From NCBI GenBank assembly GCA_031409335.1, contig JANNWY010000043.1, positions 1-19,025 on the forward strand: a stretch of 19,025 nt of DNA, written 5' to 3'. This DNA is from Chthoniobacteraceae bacterium (GTDB taxonomy: Bacteria > Verrucomicrobiota > Verrucomicrobiia > Chthoniobacterales > Chthoniobacteraceae). Position numbers and translations under genes: made by a program. The notes under the pieces are model-generated. The model saw only the letters and a list, made by a program, of their open reading frames with translations. It did not search any database and was not told where the DNA came from. Position 1 is the first letter of the stretch, and each line of letters begins with the position of its first letter. Positions 15,323 to 19,025 of this stretch are shown here, piece after piece.

Positions 15323-16497
15323 AGGTGTCTTCCATCAAGAATCGCGAAGTCGTTTCACAGCCCGGAGGGCTGCCGGAAATTAGCCGGTGGTGGAGTGAGG
15401 AACGAACGGAACCACCGGAACACGCCAACAGACCAGATGCGCCCCGGAGGGTGCGCCGGGAAAATCGCGATGCATTCCAGCGCACCCTCCGGGGCGCGTC
15501 CATTCCGTGCGTGGGTACCGGTGGTTGCGCTCGCGGACTCGTTTCACCACCGGCTAATTTCCGCTCACCCTCCGGGTGGCAAAAGCGGCCTGTGGCATCC
15601 GGGAAAATGAACAACACCGATGCGAGCGTGTTGCTCATCGTCCTCTGGGCGCTGTTCCTGTTATCGGCGGTCGTGTTCACGTGGGCGAAAGTCGTCCAGC
15701 AGGAGATCAAGATTTCGGGGGATGAAAATCGCGACATTGAGGCGCGGGCGATGGCGCATTCGGGGCTGGCGATCGGGCTGCATCCGCTCGTCTCGCGGAA
15801 GACGCCGCTGCTCGATGAACAGCTCGCGGAAGACCTCGGCTATCGCGTGACGATGGTGAGCGAGGGCGGAAAGCTGAACCTCAACTGGCTCATCGCCGGC
15901 GAGGATCCGCGCAAATTGGAAATCCTGAAGCAGTGGCTCGCGCGGATGGAACTGAGCTTCAAGGATCGCGAGGTTTTCACCGACAGCCTGCTCGACTACG
16001 TGGATGGCGACAACGATCCGCACTTGAACGGCATCGAAGACAAGGACGACTACCATCCGGCCAATCGTCCGCTGCAATCGGTGGACGAACTCACCCAGGT
16101 CGCGAATGCAAAATTGGTCACCGACAAGCCGGGCTGGAAGGATCAGCTCACGATCCACAGCCAGGGTCCGATCGACCTCACTTCCGCGAATGAAAACATC
16201 CTCCGGCTCGTCCCCGGCATCGGCGAATTGCAGATGCAGCGCTTTCTAAAATACCGCCGCGGCGCGGATGAAATCGATGGCACGATCGACGACCCGGAAT
16301 TCAAAAGCGTGAAGGACATTTTCAGCTTTCTCGGCCTCAGCGAAGCGCAGGGAAAAGAGCTGGGCGGGCTGATCGGCTGGAAAGACACGACCATGCACAT
16401 CACCAGCATCGGCACGTCCGCAAAAGTCGTTCGACAAGTGGAAGTCATTGCCCGAAAAGGCGGATCGACCCCAGTGATCCTCTATTGGAAAGAATGA
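15319..16497 (+). CDS. gspK: Type II secretion pseudopilin GspK (N-terminal extension contains a palindromic insertion; alternative start 15607)
   Basis: A|SVLLIVLWALFLLS, ARAMAHSGL, SEGGKLNLN, DSLLDYVDGD, NRPLQSVDEL, IDLTSA..LVPGIG. ATG 15319 overlaps the gspJ stop (ATGA). Confidence 0.88.
   Translation: MKVSSIKNREVVSQPGGLPEISRWWSEERTEPPEHANRPDAPRRVRRENRDAFQRTLRGASIPCVGTGGCARGLVSPPANFRSPSGWQKRPVASGKMNNTDASVLLIVLWALFLLSAVVFTWAKVVQQEIKISGDENRDIEARAMAHSGLAIGLHPLVSRKTPLLDEQLAEDLGYRVTMVSEGGKLNLNWLIAGEDPRKLEILKQWLARMELSFKDREVFTDSLLDYVDGDNDPHLNGIEDKDDYHPANRPLQSVDELTQVANAKLVTDKPGWKDQLTIHSQGPIDLTSANENILRLVPGIGELQMQRFLKYRRGADEIDGTIDDPEFKSVKDIFSFLGLSEAQGKELGGLIGWKDTTMHITSIGTSAKVVRQVEVIARKGGSTPVILYWKE
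15361..15576. mobile_element. 216-bp nested-palindrome MITE/REP-like element
   Basis: Outer IR of 32 bp (CCCGGAGGG-n4-CGGAAATTAGCCGGTGGTG, 15361-15392 vs 15545-15576). Middle IR AACCACCGG/CCGGTGGTT (15410-15418 vs 15518-15526). Inner IR 15436-15456 vs 15480-15500 (20/21). Mobility is inferred. Confidence 0.78.
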
Positions 16498-17714
16498 AAA
16501 AAGACGGCGTATCTCGCGCAATCCTCGCACCGGAGGCCGACGGCTGGCGCATCAGCCTGTCGAGCGGAGCCACGCAGTCGGCGAAAACGCTCGGCGAAGC
16601 CGCCGCTGCCGTGCCCGCGGGTGCGCTCATTCATCTGCGCCTTCCCGCGCATGCCGCGTTGCTCGAACGCCTGACGCTGCCCTCGACGAATCGCGAGGAA
16701 TTGGCCGGCATGGTCCAGCTTCAACTCGAAAAAACGCTGCCGTATCCGATCGAGGATGTGACGTCGGATTTCGATGTCATCAAGCAGGGCGAAAGCGAAT
16801 CGACGCTGATCTCGGTGGCGACGCACACCGCGCAGTTAAACAAACTTTGCGAGCCGCTCCGCAGCAGCGCGCGACTGCCGCGGCGCGTCACGCTGTTCGC
16901 ATCGCACGTCGCCGCGAGCTGTCCGGTGGACAAAGTGGTGCTGTGCGTCTGGCAGGAGGAGGCACAGCTCGTCGTCGCGATTTGTGAATGTGGCAAGGTG
17001 AGCACCGCGCAGACGATCCCCTCGGCGACCGCGGACGCGCTGCTCGGCGAGCTGCCCGCGCTGCTGCTGCGCGCCGAGCTGGAAGGCGTGCCGGTCGAGT
17101 TCGACAGCATCCGCGTCGAGCACGGCTGCGAAGGCTTGCGGCCTGCGCTGGAGGAATATTTTCAGAAGCCGGTGGAAGTCGTTTCCTTCACCGCGGGCCT
17201 GCCCGATGCGAAGGGAAATCTGCTGCCTGAAGCGTGGAACTCGGAGCAAAAACGCGCCGAAAGCACGGGCAAGCTGAAGCAGCAATTACAGGTGGCCGCG
17301 TTCATCTATCTGCTGCTCGTCGCCGCGGCGTTTGTCTGGCTCGCGTGGACGAAAACGCGGGTGCGCAAACTCGACGCCGAACTCACGCTCGTGCAGCCGC
17401 AGATCGCATTCGTGCAGGCGCAGGAGTCGCGCTGGGCCGCACTGCAACCCGCGATCGATCCCGAGCGCTACACCCTTCAAATCTTGAAACTCTGCCAGGA
17501 AGCGCGGCCATCGAATGAATTGCAGTTCACCGTATTCGATCACCAGCCCTCGCAATTCATGATCGAAGGCGAGGCGCCGTCGGCAAATGTGGCCATCGAG
17601 TACGGGGAAAAGCTGCGCGCAGTTCCCGGGCTCAGCGACTTCAAGATCGAGACGCCGCCGCCGCAGGTTTTGAAAGGTGATCGCTGGAAATTTAAGTTTT
17701 TCGGACGGCTATGA
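16494..17714 (+). CDS. Type II secretion GspL/PilM-PilN-like inner-membrane platform protein
   Basis: RLTLPSTNREELAGMVQLQLEKTLPYPIEDV (actin-like cytoplasmic domain), NLLP, a single TM helix, coiled coil and a PilN-like IEGEAPS..A end; ATGA overlap with gspK. Confidence 0.82.
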   Translation: MKKDGVSRAILAPEADGWRISLSSGATQSAKTLGEAAAAVPAGALIHLRLPAHAALLERLTLPSTNREELAGMVQLQLEKTLPYPIEDVTSDFDVIKQGESESTLISVATHTAQLNKLCEPLRSSARLPRRVTLFASHVAASCPVDKVVLCVWQEEAQLVVAICECGKVSTAQTIPSATADALLGELPALLLRAELEGVPVEFDSIRVEHGCEGLRPALEEYFQKPVEVVSFTAGLPDAKGNLLPEAWNSEQKRAESTGKLKQQLQVAAFIYLLLVAAAFVWLAWTKTRVRKLDAELTLVQPQIAFVQAQESRWAALQPAIDPERYTLQILKLCQEARPSNELQFTVFDHQPSQFMIEGEAPSANVAIEYGEKLRAVPGLSDFKIETPPPQVLKGDRWKFKFFGRL

Positions 17715-18241
17715 GCGCGAAACTTTCCAAACGTGAAACGATGCTCGCGGCGCTGGTCGGCGGCGCGGTTTTCATCGTGCTGAATGTCGTGGTGATCAAA
17801 TATTTCACGACGCATCGCACGCGGCTTCAGGGGGAACTGCTGACCAAGGGCGCGCAACTTCAGAAAAACAAAACACGCATCGCGGCAAAGCCGATGTGGG
17901 ACGAGCGCGACGAATGGCTGAAAAAGGTGCTGCCCAAGCTGGAGAACGAAGGAAAAGCCGGTGGCGATTTGCTCGAGGAAATCCGCGCGGTGACGAGCAA
18001 AACGGGCGTGCAGGATCTCGATCCGCAGATCGGCACCGTCGAGCGGCGGCCGCAGTTGAGTTCCGTGTTCGTGACGATCCAGACCAAATCGACCAAGGAA
18101 GCGCTGCGGGATTTTCTCTATGAAATCCAGTCGCCGGAGCGGTCGATCGTTTTCGAGTCGGCCAATCTGCAATTCGACAAGGACGACAAAACGAAGATGC
18201 ACGGCACCTTCCGCGTCGCGAAATACTTCGCGCCGAAATGA
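17711..18241 (+). CDS. Type II secretion GspM/PilO-like protein
   Basis: LSKRE + TM helix, coiled coil, L.DFLYEIQSP ferredoxin-like end; position after gspL. Confidence 0.8.
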   Translation: MSAKLSKRETMLAALVGGAVFIVLNVVVIKYFTTHRTRLQGELLTKGAQLQKNKTRIAAKPMWDERDEWLKKVLPKLENEGKAGGDLLEEIRAVTSKTGVQDLDPQIGTVERRPQLSSVFVTIQTKSTKEALRDFLYEIQSPERSIVFESANLQFDKDDKTKMHGTFRVAKYFAPK

Positions 18242-18921
18242 AACTGAAACCTAGTATGAAAACACCGCTCACCCTGCTCGGGCTCACTCTTCTCGCCGCC
18301 GCGGATGCCGCGCTCGCCGCCGGGCCGACCATCCCGCAGCGCCCGCCGCCGGATACTTTTCAAAAGCTGACCGAAGACTGGCCATTCGCGCTGGCGACGC
18401 CGGCGGCGCCAGTCGCGGGACCGGTCGCGCCGCCGTGGTCGGATAACTATTTCGTCGGCGGAATCGGGAAAACGTATGAGAGCGGAAAAGAGGAAATCTT
18501 CGTCGCGATCCGATTGCGGGACGGACAGGCTGGCTTTTCGTTGTTTGGCAATCAACCCAACGGCGAAGACATCTCAGTATCCGCGATCGAGATGGCGGAA
18601 AAGCTCGTGGACAGCAAGGTGACGTTGAAGAAAGGCGCGGAGTTCGCGACGGTGAAATTCGACCAGGCGGCGATCACTCAACCCGCGCCCCAGACGGCAC
18701 CCGTGCTTGGTCGCCCCGGAATGCCAAACGTTCCCGGAATGAAAGGCCAGCCGATCATCCGCCCGCCCGGAGCCCCCGGCATCGTCCCGCGTCCCACGAC
18801 GATTCCGCTGCCATCCGCCGCTTCCATGCCGAGCAACACGAACGCGGCTCCGGCCAGCCCGGCCAACCCCGCGCCGAACGCGCCGCGGCAACGGGTGCGC
18901 GTGATCCAAAGCACGCCCTGA
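18238..18921 (+). CDS. Hypothetical exported protein with a Pro-rich tail, T2SS-associated (possibly GspC-like)
   Basis: ATGA-coupled to the gspM-like gene (alternative ATG 18256). Hydrophobic N-terminus, short beta-rich domain (DWPF..YFVGGI..VTLKKGAEFATVKFD), about 80-aa Pro-rich tail ending RQRVRVI. Confidence 0.7.
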   Translation: MKLKPSMKTPLTLLGLTLLAAADAALAAGPTIPQRPPPDTFQKLTEDWPFALATPAAPVAGPVAPPWSDNYFVGGIGKTYESGKEEIFVAIRLRDGQAGFSLFGNQPNGEDISVSAIEMAEKLVDSKVTLKKGAEFATVKFDQAAITQPAPQTAPVLGRPGMPNVPGMKGQPIIRPPGAPGIVPRPTTIPLPSAASMPSNTNAAPASPANPAPNAPRQRVRVIQSTP

Positions 18922-19025
18922 GCGGGGTCCGCGAGGAGGGACGACCACCCGTGGCTTGGCCCGCCAGCGGCGGGGACGGGGAGGGGGGGATCCCGGCCCA
19001 TTTTACCGGCGGCGCGGGTGCGGGG

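Noticed and set aside
18969..19025. G-tract cluster (GGGG-AC-GGGG-A-GGGGGGG) as a G-quadruplex
   Set aside because: Only three separate tracts lie close together, the background is GC-rich and the region is cut by the window edge; no independent support.

Overview
GC-rich bacterial DNA, most consistent with Verrucomicrobiota (PEP-CTERM proteins, RNase HIII, a DPDxDG-EYALG C-terminal module, the style of the palindromic repeats); the taxonomy is inference. In order, the window holds: a large PATR-repeat/PEP-CTERM surface protein (+); an uncharacterised 541-aa protein with Fam20C/four-jointed-like atypical kinase motifs and a C-terminal peptidoglycan-binding-like domain (-); a secreted YWTD beta-propeller protein (-); a BlaI + BlaR1/M56 pair whose M56 frame is interrupted by one in-frame TGA inside a SecDF-P1-head-like domain (-); a stand-alone trpB (-); a CHRD/PEP-CTERM protein (-); mutY (-) head-to-head with rnhC (+); and a type II secretion-like gspH-I-J-K-L-M-(C-like) cluster (+). 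There are also five mutually unrelated palindromic (REP/REPIN/MITE-like) elements, two of which appear to lie in frame inside coding regions (M56 linker, GspK leader). The strongest leads are the putative cell-wall-targeted kinase, the split M56 gene and the in-frame palindromic insertions. All calls come from reading motifs; no database searches were run.
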